NCBI GenBank assembly: GCA_040954595.2
Contig: CM082595.2
Location: 6,226,137 to 6,290,136 of the forward strand
DNA: 64,000 nucleotides
Source: Balanoglossus misakiensis
Taxonomy: Eukaryota > Animalia > Hemichordata
Direction of reading: 5' to 3'
Positions 52,201-64,000 of the stretch are shown here, piece by piece. The stretch's first letter is position 1. Each line of letters begins with the position of its first letter. Position numbers and translations under genes: made by a program. The notes below the pieces were generated by a model. It was given only the letters and a program-made list of their open reading frames with translations. It was not told the origin of the DNA and ran no database searches.

Positions 52201-52993
52201 AGAAGTGTGCATAGTAGAAGTGGCGTTTAGTAAGCTAAAATACGTACTTCAATCCTATAATAAGTAACAACCCATTTCTTGATGTTATATGCAACTAGTA
52301 TTGAGTGTAGCACTGTTGGTGAAATGTATGTTCACAAGCAGACATTGACACTTGCACAGTGACAGTGACAGTGACTGTCATCCTCTTACTTCCATCTGAA
52401 TACTTCATGCTGGTTAGGGGCATATGCATTAGAATAACTGCATTGTGGGGAAAAAGTCAACATTTGTAGAGAGATGCACATTGCCTTAATTAATTGGTGG
52501 CTTCTGGTTCTGTAATGTCTGTCTAATTTATCTGTGTGCGCTGTTGATTGTATTTTTTGAGCTGTATTGTTGTATGTTTATCTTTGCAACTGTATATTGT
52601 GGGTAAAAAGTTAACATGTCATGTTTCTAGAGAGTTGCAAATTGCTTTAAATTAATTGGTGGTTTCTGGTTCTGTAAGGTCTGTCTAATTAATCTGTGTG
52701 CGCTTTTGATCGTCTTCATCTTAAAATTCTGTGGACCCCATGAGATTCTAATCACTCACTTAGGGAACAAAAATCTAATAATGCAGGGAGATTTGCCATA
52801 ATGTTCTATGCTTTACATTTAGTGACGTGTTTCTATGACAGGTGGGGATCCTGGCGTATTAAAATCTTTAATGTATCTGAGTGGGTATGATGTTGGCCCC
52901 CCAAGACACCCATGTCGAACACTAACGGATGACCAGATAGAGGCTATGAAGAAAGACCTGGAGGGTATAAAATATTTTGAAATGACCAAGTAA
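46268..52993 (+). CDS. NPL: N-acetylneuraminate lyase (sialic acid aldolase, DHDPS family) (~310 aa, 12 coding exons)
   Basis: Exons 46268-46276, 46787-46851, 47936-48006, 48278-48365, 48525-48585, 49004-49079, 49375-49467, 50003-50148, 50426-50472, 50780-50864, 51351-51390, 52842-52993 total 933 nt. Motifs GLIAAPFTP, NGTTGEG, FYYH, GMKFT (Schiff-base Lys), VGSTHN, GPPR. Confidence 0.92.
49207..49300. repeat. (ACC)n(ATC)n microsatellite
   Basis: Direct inspection. Confidence 0.95.
49538..49651. mobile_element. MITE family D, inverted copy
   Basis: ttaa|aggccattctc...gagaaaatggcct|ttaa. Confidence 0.8.
51565..51750. mobile_element. MITE family A, opposite orientation
   Basis: ttaa|aggtatacagtcacc...ggtgaccgtatacct|ttaa. 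Confidence 0.88.
52435..52705. repeat. Tandem duplication (~155-bp period) in the last NPL intron
   Basis: attgtggg.aaaaagt.aaca...ttaattggtgg.ttctggttctgtaa.gtctgtctaatt.atctgtgtgcgct occurs twice. Confidence 0.8.
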
Positions 52994-53034
52994 ATGGAAC
53001 TATACATCAATGGAAAATCCATGTGTTAATTGTC

Positions 53035-53800
53035 AGCAGTGACTACAGTGTTCTACCAAGGAATTTCTAATCTAATAATTAATTAATACATTAATTATAA
53101 CAGTACTGGGTTATTTGGGGTCAGCATTGACTACAGTAACAGTGTTCTACCAAGGAATGTTGGCTAATTTGATAATAATTAATTAATACATTAATTATAA
53201 CACCTAATACTCGTACTGAGCTATTTGGGAGGTCATGAAACTCATTTAATATGCTGTTGCCATATCAGGACACTAATATTTTTAAATGAATATTTCACTG
53301 AGTTTGATGTAATTCTGTATATGTGGTACTAGGCTTTTTTGGAGGTCATTAACGTAAAATTAATATGTGCTAATGACGCAAAGGGACACCAGAAATTTTA
53401 TTTTATCACTGAGCATTGCACCAGCGTGACACAGTTATTAATTCTCATTCTAATACAGTTCTGCATGTGTGGTACTGGTCTTCTAGGAGGTCGGATGTAA
53501 CAATAACTAATACATTTTATTTTATTTTATCCATAATGTGCTTTTACAAGATCAGTTTAAATGTCCAAAATTTCATTTGTGTTCAATGAGTATTGTACCA
53601 GCTTAAGACAATTTACATCTTTGGACAGTTTTGCATGTGTGATACTGGGCTTTTCTTGGAGGTGTTGTTACAAGAACTAATACATTTTATTTTATCTTAT
53701 TTTATTTTTATTTCATCCATATTGTGATTTTGCGAGATCAGTTTCAACATCAAACATTTCACTTGTTTTCAATGAGTATTGTACCAGTTTGAAACAATTT
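53035..53800. repeat. Degenerate tandem repeats downstream of the NPL stop
   Basis: gactacagt..gttctaccaaggaat..taattaatacattaattataaca twice, then repeated tactgg..tttt.ggagg units and a duplicated aactaatacattttatttt..gatcagttt..caatgagtattgtacca block. Confidence 0.7.
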
Positions 53801-53811
53801 TTATGGGTGTT

Positions 53812-53984
53812 TACCATTTATTCATTTTGGCGAGATTTTAACTCTCATATCCTACAAACGGGATGGAAGTTGTGTGTGGTCGAACGTTGATTCACTATAT
53901 ATCCACATGTAGAATAACATAAACGGTGTCTTGTAGCAAACATGATTAGTGGGAAAAGGGCAGCGAGAGAGAAACTTTGTCCCT
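53812..53984. mobile_element. MITE family B, right half
   Basis: Ends gaaactttgtccct|ttaa; matches the family B arm. Confidence 0.8.
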
Positions 53985-55112
53985 TTAAGATACTAGCACG
54001 GACACAGCAATATAATCATATTTACTTATACATTTAATTGCCAATATTTAAAAAGAGGATTATACAATACATATCAGTTCATCAGTTTGGGTCTAAGAAA
54101 TGTAACAGAAAATTTTATATTAAATGTCAAGTCCAATGTATTATTGTGTCAACTGTTTTTAATTTATGTTTCTATGAAAAATATCAGTTATACAGTAAAT
54201 AAGATTGAATTTAAAACAAGAAATGCTATAACAAGAAATTGTGAAAGTTTTGTGAATAAAATGGATAGTTTCAAAAAATGGATTTATAAAATGAATTGAA
54301 AAGAAATAAATTTTTCATTTGTATGCTACGTCAATTATATGTGATTGAAGGATGTTTTTCTTGAAAGTAATAAGGAGTACAAGGTCTGGGGTTGGGGTTT
54401 ATGGGGGAATAAGGACGGGTGCCAGATTTACTGCAGAAAAATCAGAATGATAAATAGAACTGTTCAGATTCATAGTAAAGATGGATTAAGGAAAAAAATA
54501 TGATAACTAAGACCACACATATACTCTCAAGAATTGAACTTGTAAAATGGATGTTCTAACAGTATTTCAAAAAAACGGTTTAGGGATTTAACAATTTTGT
54601 GCTATTTTTTGATTAACTATGAACATTTTATAATAAAGATATGTGCAGAGCTGCTTGTATGTGAAATAAAGAGATTTGTCAAGGTTGTACTGAACTTAAC
54701 CTGTCGTCAGCAAAATTGACTGAGTACTACCGCCTACAAACAAAATATCTCTTACGTCTAGAGGGTCTAAGACTTATTTGGATTTGATGTTTTTGGGGAA
54801 ACCCTTTCACGACCTTTTCCCCATACAGAGGTCCAGCATGGCCTTGGAGATCAATGGAGTTGGACCAAACCATTGCCTTGAAAGGGTTAATTCTCAATAT
54901 TTTAATTAAAGCACCTGGTACCTTGCATTGTCAGTGGTGCAATTGTTCTAGAGAAATGTTCCTGTTGTATACAGTGTATGTCTGCAAGCAGTAAATTACA
55001 AGGTGTGCCCTTGGCCATGCATAAGACAAAATAAAATGCAGAAATACGAATAAAAATCGGCAGAAAAAAAACACCAGTGCACAAATACTGTGGTCTGTCT
55101 TGCTTGGCGAAG

Positions 55113-58100
55113 TTACCAAACTGTACATTTGTTAGATCTATTCATTGTGCTATTAACTGGACAATTGAAGGCATCTGAGAACTCCGGAAAATTTGACAAA
55201 GGACCATTACACCTAAAACAGAAGGCAGACGAGATAAAATGCTTAAATTTTGTAAATCCTAAATTTTAGAGTCATTTATCGTAAAGCTCTTATTTCCAAC
55301 ATCTTACCATTGGGACCTTACAGGACTAGTCGGTACCTGTACCTGGTACATTGTGTGTCCAATTGCTTAGAAATTCGGCTTCTAGAGTCCAAGGAGTGTC
55401 CTCATTATGATAAGTATAAATTGAAATGAAAATGTAAAAACATTGTGTTTTGGGTTAAATTTTTTGTGCATACCTGAATCTGCCAGGGCTATGTGCTCCA
55501 GTCAGTACCTTGTTCCTGGCACCTTGTTCAGTGTACTTACTGCACCAAATCTGAAAAACAACAACCAAATGTATAATTTTAAAAGTCTCCTCCAGTTCTA
55601 ATCTGGTGGACGAAAGTATACCTTGTCTGGTTGTTTTGCTTACTTTATTAACGAAATGACTGTTCAAATGAGTGAATGTAAATATTGTGAAGATCATTTG
55701 AAACAGATGTTTGAAAAATTTCACAATTTTAGACTGTTGTCATGTACTGATCCAAGACAAGAAATATAGACCTGTTATCGAAAAAAAGCAAAAGGGGCAA
55801 GCAGGTGCAAGTTGAACAGTGAGGGCGCAATCTCCTTATATAGAAAATTTGACGGCATGGTGACTTACCTGACCATAATGAACAAAGAAAAGCTGTTCTT
55901 GTGTGAGATCGATTCCAGGAAGTAGTGGTTCATCTTCTCCCCTATCGGCCAGCCACAATTTATATCCCTGCCACAAGAAGAAGGTTGAGAATAATTGGAT
56001 TTCTTTTGACGGCTGAGCATAGTCAATAAGACAGAGGATATAGCATGCTCCGTTGTTTAAATTAAAAACATGGTCTGTTATAAAATGAATAATGAAATGT
56101 CAAATACCCTGTATGCTTCTTTTAAGCCCCCGTTATCTGCTATATTTTCTCCTTGTGTCAGTATGCCATTTAGCTGTAAAGTAGATAATTAATAGCCAAA
56201 TATCAGTTTAGCAATCGCGTATACTTTTTAAGTACTCTGAAATAAACAAAATTCCTCTTTCTAATACATAAACACATGTAACATATACATACCTATGTTT
56301 GTGCATATACATACATACATACATACATACATACATACATACATACATACATACATACATACATACATACATACATACATGTAAATGAAGATACACTAGG
56401 CAGACAGATACACAGAAAGACCAGTGAACATACCGTCATATTACATTCCTCAAACCAATATTCATTGTATTGTTCAACGATACACTGGGCTCTCTCCTTG
56501 TAAGCTTTCACTGATTGCTCGGTCCACCATTGCTGGACGTTACCATTTTTATCAAATTGCCGACCTATTGAAAAATAGAGTATCATTAGTGCATTCGATT
56601 TCAGGCCAGTTTCTGTCAATGCTTGAAAGAGTAGTATTCAAATGACCTTGATTTAAAACCAAGTATATTGTACCATCTCAGAGCCATCAGTTTTGGTAAC
56701 TGGAAAAAAATGACATATGGTTGAAATGGTAATACTCACCCCTATCGTCGAATCCATGTGTTATTTCGTGACCTATGACTATGCCAATACCACCAAAATT
56801 AAGATAACTGTTAAAAGAAAGGAGATGGAAATAGCACATTAAAATTATCTCGATCATCCACAGTTTTCACTTTCACTTTCCATCAAAACATTCACATTAA
56901 AACTTGTAGAACCGTCATTGGATTGACAAACTTGGAGTGCGATACATGTAAACGTATATGTAATATGAATATTGCGATACATGTATATGTACATGTAATA
57001 TGAACTCCAAAGAGCGGCATTGTAAGGTTCACCAGGCGACTTACTTTGGCGAATGTTTTTGATAATACAATTCCTGCATTATTCCGGCTGGTAAAGCTGT
57101 AAATTTGAAAAAAAAAAGATGAACCCGAGATTTATCGCTTGCAAATGTCACATCTTCACCGGTACGTGTCATGTAAACTTGATAATCTAATAACATAAAT
57201 TATGCAGCTTATAAATCGACAGATGTTTCTATGCCACAAAACAGGGTTTGAAAGCAGCAAAATAGAGAGTTTGTATTATTTGAGATACATGCAGATAAAT
57301 TTGAGAAACTTGTTTTTCTGTTACTGATAATCTTAATGACTTACTGATGTCGTTGTTTGTAAAATCATAGAATGCATTTACAACAGCTGGACCAACTCCC
57401 CATCTGAAAGAAAACACAAACAGCTGTCAGTCTAATATAGACTTGAATATTTGGTGGTGTGAACGTGGATACAGCATTTATATAAAGCGTTAAATATATT
57501 AACTTTGTTTATTTATCGTAAAAGTAATGAAAGTGAGGCAACTGAAACAAAAGCAGTGTGTCAAGTCAGAGAAAATTTGGGGGAAATACGGCCATTCTTT
57601 TTATGCTATCAGTCAACTCTGTAGTGCACACAATCTATCTTTTGGTAGAATTGACTGCTCATGCGTGATAACTTACTCGTGTGGGTCAACAGCTTTTCTC
57701 AGATACTCAAAATTCTTCACGGTTCTCGATCTGGCGTATTGACGGTGGTTTCCAAAGTGATCGGTTGGAGAAAAGTCAAACTGCAATTACAGGAATGAAA
57801 ATTATGGTGCCATGCATGTAAAGAGAAAAGGTTTTGTCCAGACAGTTTAAAAGAGGGTATTTGAATCAATTACATACAGCTGTATACGTACATACATACA
57901 TACAATTAAAGAATAAATAAATAAATAAAATAAACATACATACATACATACATACATACATACATACATACATACATACATACATACAACACATACATAC
58001 ATACATACATACATACATACATACATACATACATACATACATACATACATACATACATACATACATACAGACATACATACAGACATACATACAGACACAC

Positions 58101-61100
58101 ATACACGTCTGTTTATAAATTTCAATAGCTAAAAAGGCACGTACACTTTTGTAGTAGTCATTCAACTCATCATTGTCTTCAATCCAATCTGGGTACCCGA
58201 TCTTTCGAAGCATTGCCCAGACCTAGTAAGATACAAAGTACAAAATACTATTTAGGCTAATGTTGTTTCTCAGTGTAGCATGAACCATATTATTCACACC
58301 AATCAATTTGCATCATTTGAATAAGGAGCATATTCTACTTAAATATAAGCGGACTGTTAGTGTAAGCATCACAGATTAATTGTATACTTTTGTAAAATTG
58401 TTTGAGCTGTGGTATGCAATATAGACACACCTACACAGACAGACAGACAGAAACACACACACAGACAGACACATATAAGTATCTCTATCACTCTCTCACA
58501 TACTACTGTCTCTTTCTACATTGACATTTCTCTCTCAATCATAGTAAATACCTTCTCCTTGGCAACAGTTTTAGTATCTTGATCCATCCATGTTGACTCG
58601 TCAATCATACCGACAAATGCTTTTTGGATGTAATCAATCATTTTGTTGGCCTGTGCAATTGGCAAAAGTAAGACAGAAATGAGTTAACAGCATTGTAACT
58701 GAGTAGAATAGTCTCCAAATCATATACGTCGATTGTTCAGAGACATATAGTCACAGTCTCTTCAAAATATTTATGGGTATAGGTACATTACAGGTGATTG
58801 CAAGAATACATGTAGATTTACAAGTCCTACACTCACACTTTCTTTGCTTTCCCCATCATAATGATCAGCAACAAACATCCTTCCTGTGGCAAACCGCATC
58901 ACACCGTTGATGTGATTCAGACACGACTCATTTCGGGGTTGTTCGGCTCGGGTTCCGAAAACGACCGAGGAGTACTCCATCATTGTGTTCCTGAATTCCG
59001 AACTGAGCTGTGAAACCATCGACGTGATCGCTCGCCAAATGACATAATTAGCAACCGTCCTGCAAAATAACCCAGGGGCAGTTACATTTTTTCGTTTGAC
59101 ACCAACAGAAGCAAAATGAAACAGATTCATGAGAATGGCATTGCTAAATGTCTCACAGAGACGTTCACTCAGATGTCTGTCAGATGAATATCTGTGGCAT
59201 GTTTTATCAAATTTGGTGCAATAATTTTGGAATTATACCACTTATTATAAAAGTGCACTAAATATGCATGCACTATTCCAGTTTGTTGACAAGATACTGC
59301 AACTAAATTTGGTGTATTACACGTGAATACTTCACCAAAGTTGGCTCATAAACTCAGAAAATTCTTAGTGTGTTTTAAACTGGATGCAAGTAGGTGATTA
59401 CCTTGGGTTAGTGTCAGCAACCAATGCCATGACTTTCTTGATATAAACTGGCTCATGGACAACAACCTCGTCTGTTGACCCCACTATTACATAGTTTAAA
59501 ACGTTGTTGATGTAATTGAACCAATTTATCTGTGCATACAAAAATTAAAGGAAAGTCATGCAGATAATGGCAAGGAGTTTGGTTCAGTGATATACCAAAA
59601 CAGGAGAGAGGTTGCGTTTTTCTGAATTTTAGAACCTGTTTAAATTTACGGTGACCTTAGCTTTATATACCTATCCCAGGTGTTATAACTCTTATTAAAG
59701 GGACAAAGTCTCTCTCTCTCAGGCCTTTTTCCATTAATTATGTTTGATACAAGATACCTTTCATGTTATTCTACATGTGGATATATAGGGAATCAACATT
59801 CAACGACACACAACTTCCATTCCGTTTGTAGGATATGAGATTTAAATTCCAGCCAAAATGAATAAATGGTCAACACCTATTATTCATTTTGGCAAGTTTT
59901 TCACTCTCGTGTCTGCAAGTTGGATGGAAGTTGTGTGTGGTTGAACATTGATTCACTATATATCCACATGTAGAATAACATAAACGGTGTTTTGTATCAA
60001 ACATAATTAATGAAAAAAGGGCAGCAAGAGAGAGACTTTGTCCCTTTAAGCGAAATCAGACATATAGGACATTGTTAGACAAGAAGTTTATTGAATCACT
60101 CACCACACAGGCCAGTTGAATTGGCATTTGCTGTAAATTTTATTAGGAAACAAATGTTTAAATTTCACATTATGCATTATGTTCAATCAAATGAGTTGTC
60201 TCACCTGTGGTACTTCGTGCTGCAGATCCAACAGAGTCATTTTGTTATACAGCCTATCCATGTCCCGGCGATTTTCTGCTGGCGATGTTAACTGCCAAAA
60301 TAAATGTTCTTGAATGCAAATACATAAAGCTAGAAGTAGCAACTGCAGCAAATACAACAATATCCAACATACTGGTTTGCTTTTTCCACGAAATAGATTA
60401 TCCACTGTCTATTGACATATTCACAAACATGGCCGTTTCTTGAGATCACACTTTGCAAAGCATGAACCATCTGAAACTTACTTTTTAAAAAAGCAATCAT
60501 TATAGACTCACATTTGCAATGGCTATTTCGAATTCAACCACTTCCCTCAACTGGGCATCAGCTTCTGCTTCATCAGCTCCCAGCATGAGAGACACATTCA
60601 ACATAAATCCGTGGTAAACTTTTAAAAACTGTCAAAAAGTGAAAACAAAATAGTGGAAACCAGTGAGATTACCTCTCCCTACTCATCGTTTATTTAGACT
60701 AAGTGGTCAGATGGAGTTCTGATTGACTACACGTACCATTTTCAGGCATGGACTTGCCTTTCATTTCTTAGTTTCAGCGGAGGGAAACACAACCTAATAA
60801 ACAGCATTATTCGTACATGTACTATCAACAATTTAACAGGACTTCACCTTGACATGCAAATTAGAGGTGGAAATTAAACAAAGGTAGCAATTGATTGGTA
60901 TTTTTTCCCTATTCACCGTCAATCATCATATTCATCTTACTTTGTTTTCTGCAATGTCCTGAGTTCCTTCTAAATAGTAATCTCGACTCGGTAGGGTTGT
61001 TGATGCCTGGTCAACCTAGATAGAAGATATATCATAAACAAAAATAGTGATATCACAGCACCAAACATATCTATACAAGAAGCAGGTACTATGCTAATAG

Positions 61101-63116
61101 GTCTGGTAGATGGATGGGTTGAGTTGGGTATATAGCAGACCACAATCATAAACTCCTCTGAAAACCAGGCATTCAATTCGTCATTTCTTCTCTATTATTT
61201 TTGCAATGTCCTTTTTATTGAATGTTCCAACAGCTGAATATACTTTTTACAAACTGGCAAAGACAAGTGCAATGTTAAAGCAAACATTATCACCATTTTG
61301 TGTTAAGTTTTGACATAAATTGGGTTTGTATTAATTTGGGTGAAATGTTTCCCTGGTCACTTGCATAGAATTGTGTGTGTATTATGAAAACATGTCTAGT
61401 GAGGCAATAGAAAAATTTAACCTGGTGTGTTGACATTAAAAGCATGCAACGGGCAGAATTCGTTAATGTTATACTGTCACGTTTGAATTACCAGTCACCA
61501 CAATATTGTTTCATATTTTGTATAATGGTATACCTTCAGAAGATGCCTGGTCGATTCCTTGCTGTCTGTAGCAACGTAGGTAGAAAAGAGGGCGCTGGTT
61601 CCCAGGTCATGGAGTAACTTAGACAACAAGTTTTCAAGGTTGAAATTGTCAGGGTTCCAATTGCCGCCAGCACTGCTGCCCAGAACAGGCCAACCACCGA
61701 GATTCTCGAGTATTTCGATCAAAGGCTCAGCCCCTCGTTGTTCGATGGCGTCTGCGAAATAGACAAGAAACGTCAGTACATTCATTGTGCAAACTGCTTA
61801 TCAAACACAAAAGTGAGACTGAAGTTTGTGCGTTTTTTTACTATAAAAGAATCAAATATACTTGACCGACTAGCGGTATAGCCAGTGTGTGTGTAAGCAA
61901 TACTTACCAAGATCCATACAGGCCCTAAAATTGTTCTTCACGTTCACCATTGCTGCTATGTCTGTATCTTCGACTGGACTCGACAGTATTTCTATATTGA
62001 TTGAAGTAGACAAACAAACAAACAAACAAACAAACAATAAAAAAAGTAAACAGTTTGCTCTGAAATAACATTAACATGGTGATTTGCTAGAACTGTAAAT
62101 GTGTAGCAGCCATACTGAACCGTACTTTTAACAAATAAGTGAATAAATAAGTAAATAAGTTATATGTACCATTTTACATTGTAAAATCAATAGTAACTAT
62201 AGAAAGTGGGCATTTCCCTGCTCCCAGTTTTACTTTCTTGTCGATCTGACTAAAGCCACATCTATTCTTTATATTTAGAAGCTTCTGTGACCTTGTACAT
62301 ATCAAACATATGCAAAGATCCAATACTTGAATCAGTTATTTTGACACACAATATGAATATTGCTGTCGAGTTACTGATTGTTGAGCACACAATAATAATT
62401 TTCATCACTGGAACTACTATGATAGAACCTACCCAACAGCATATCAATAACTTTTTTCCGAATTTCATGGAACATGTCGTAACGCGACCGTGCTTTGGGG
62501 ATTTCGTTCTTTTCATTCCATGATCCACAAACATAATCGAAAAAATTATCACATGGATCAACTGATGTATCCATTCTGGCAAATATTTGTTCGGCTGGTA
62601 AAGAAAAGAAAAAAGAAAATGTCAAAACGATATCAAACTGTGATACAGAGACAGCTTATGGTTAACTGTTAAATATGGACACGCATAATACATATACTGT
62701 AAAACATTTAATTTTCGTGAGTTGAAATTTTCGCGATATCGAGAGAGGCCACTGTTTCGCGAGTATTAATTTTCGCGTTCTCTTATTTCATTCACTGCAT
62801 CATTATCTTCAAAAAACAGTTACACGACTTTTTATTTTCATGCTATATTGGCTCTTGCGTATTTTGCGAAAATTTATTGCTCGCAAAAATAAAGTGTTTT
62901 ACAGTATCACACGTCACTTCCGCAGGATTTGACCAGCAAGTACTGCAAGAAATCATGTAGTTTTATTAGTTATTTACCACAATTAATTTGTTATAATGCA
63001 GGGTAACATACACTGAATTAGGAACAGTTGATACTTACCCACGTTTTTGCAGTGGTCTGTAAGACAATACCGCTGCAACAGGTTATACTCGTCGTCATTG
63101 TCCATAAACCCATCAA
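55113..63116 (-). CDS. M13 zinc metallopeptidase (neprilysin/endothelin-converting-enzyme family); N-terminal exons lie beyond the right edge
   Basis: 20 in-phase exons: 63039-63116, 62433-62594, 61908-61991, 61534-61751, 60941-61015, 60512-60628, 60205-60291, 59402-59529, 58837-59059, 58552-58650, 58145-58222, 57677-57780, 57345-57403, 57045-57096, 56740-56807, 56434-56564, 56108-56173, 55869-55967, 55474-55550, 55113-55212. Motifs [44 protein letters not shown]-terminal CTVW. Confidence 0.95.
56307..56380. repeat. (CATA)n microsatellite
   Basis: Direct inspection. Confidence 0.95.
57890..58103. repeat. (CATA)n microsatellite, interrupted
   Basis: Direct inspection. Confidence 0.95.
59699..60045. 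mobile_element. MITE family B, full-length
   Basis: ttaa|agggacaaagtctctctc...gagagactttgtccct|ttaa with long inverted arms. Confidence 0.88.
62697..62904. mobile_element. MITE family C
   Basis: ta|ctgtaaaaca...aaagtgttttacag|ta. Confidence 0.88.
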
Positions 63117-63557
63117 CTGAAAGACAGTGAAAATCATCGGTGTAAGCTTACACAATACTACCAGCAATAACCCTTTCTTTTCACTTTTGGACTCTCAGCT
63201 TTAGAGTCAGTGACGAGTTTTGATGATCTTCTCAACATGGTTTGTAAGAAACTCTCTACATTTTGTTGTAACAATATCTATAGCAGGTTTCATTATGATC
63301 AATTTTTAAAGGTTCTGGTAAAATGATCCAGGCATTAACTGGGGTGATTAAATGCAGTTTGCACTTCTGGCTTTTGAGTGTAATACAGAGGTTGACATGG
63401 GATTGCCAAAGTCGTGTCAACTGCCCTACTTTCGACCATAAATCATATTAAACGAGACGCAAGGACAGGTATCATGTTTCATGTTCAGTGCGATATAAAC
63501 ATGTACTGTCATGATAAATATACAAAACCTAACTTCCCGTTTACGAATTGTCTTTAA

Positions 63558-63796
63558 ACTGAAGCGGTTGTCTGTCGCGCCACGTTTGTTTGTTGATAAA
63601 CATTAGAATTCACCCAAAAATCCCTGAAATTAGATAATTTTCAGAAGGAATGAAGCAGCCCATCGTAGCGTAGACAGGGCATGACAGCAATTGAAGATCC
63701 TAGTAGGTTGTAGCGACTGCAGTTGGGTTTGCGCTGGTATGGGAGGACATATTCTCATCAAAAGGGACTCCCATGGGGCGGGATGACCCCTTCCCT
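63558..63796. mobile_element. MITE family G, inverted copy
   Basis: Reverse complement of 37750-37980; flanked by ttaa on both sides. Confidence 0.75.
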
Positions 63797-64000
63797 TTAA
63801 GGCCAAAATAACACCGACGAAAGTACGGAAATTCTTTTGCCAAATGATGCCCAAGGATGGCATTCTTTCTTAGTCTATAAACCTTACATTATCTGCAATT
63901 TGGAATGTTACTGTTTGCCATGGTCCTTCAAAACAATGAGATTATAACGAAATTATGCTGAAAGCAGAAAACTCCGACACATGAACCTAATCGTTTCTAT

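Overview
Intron-rich, AT-rich eukaryotic (animal) genomic DNA, plausibly a marine invertebrate (inference from gene content and repeat style only). I reconstructed seven spliced genes by hand from splice sites and exon phase: (1) a cytosolic sulfotransferase cut by the left edge; (2) a complete tandem paralogue with a GC-AG first intron; (3) a ~1072-aa signal-peptide protein fusing a JmjC 2OG/Fe(II) oxygenase, an aldo-keto reductase and an 8-bladed PQQ/BamB-like beta-propeller; (4) a membrane-anchored hydroxyacid-oxidase homologue whose catalytic residues are replaced; (5) a signal-peptide protein with two tandem prolyl-hydroxylase-like 2OG-Fe(II) domains, the first degenerate; (6) N-acetylneuraminate lyase; (7) an M13 neprilysin/ECE peptidase cut by the right edge. 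Introns carry several MITE families (TTAA-, TA- and 9-bp-TSD types), a tRNA-derived SINE, a 40-bp minisatellite and many microsatellites. The most striking signals are the three-domain fusion and its setting in an unbroken run of small-molecule-modifying enzyme genes. All exon structures are manual predictions without transcript support.
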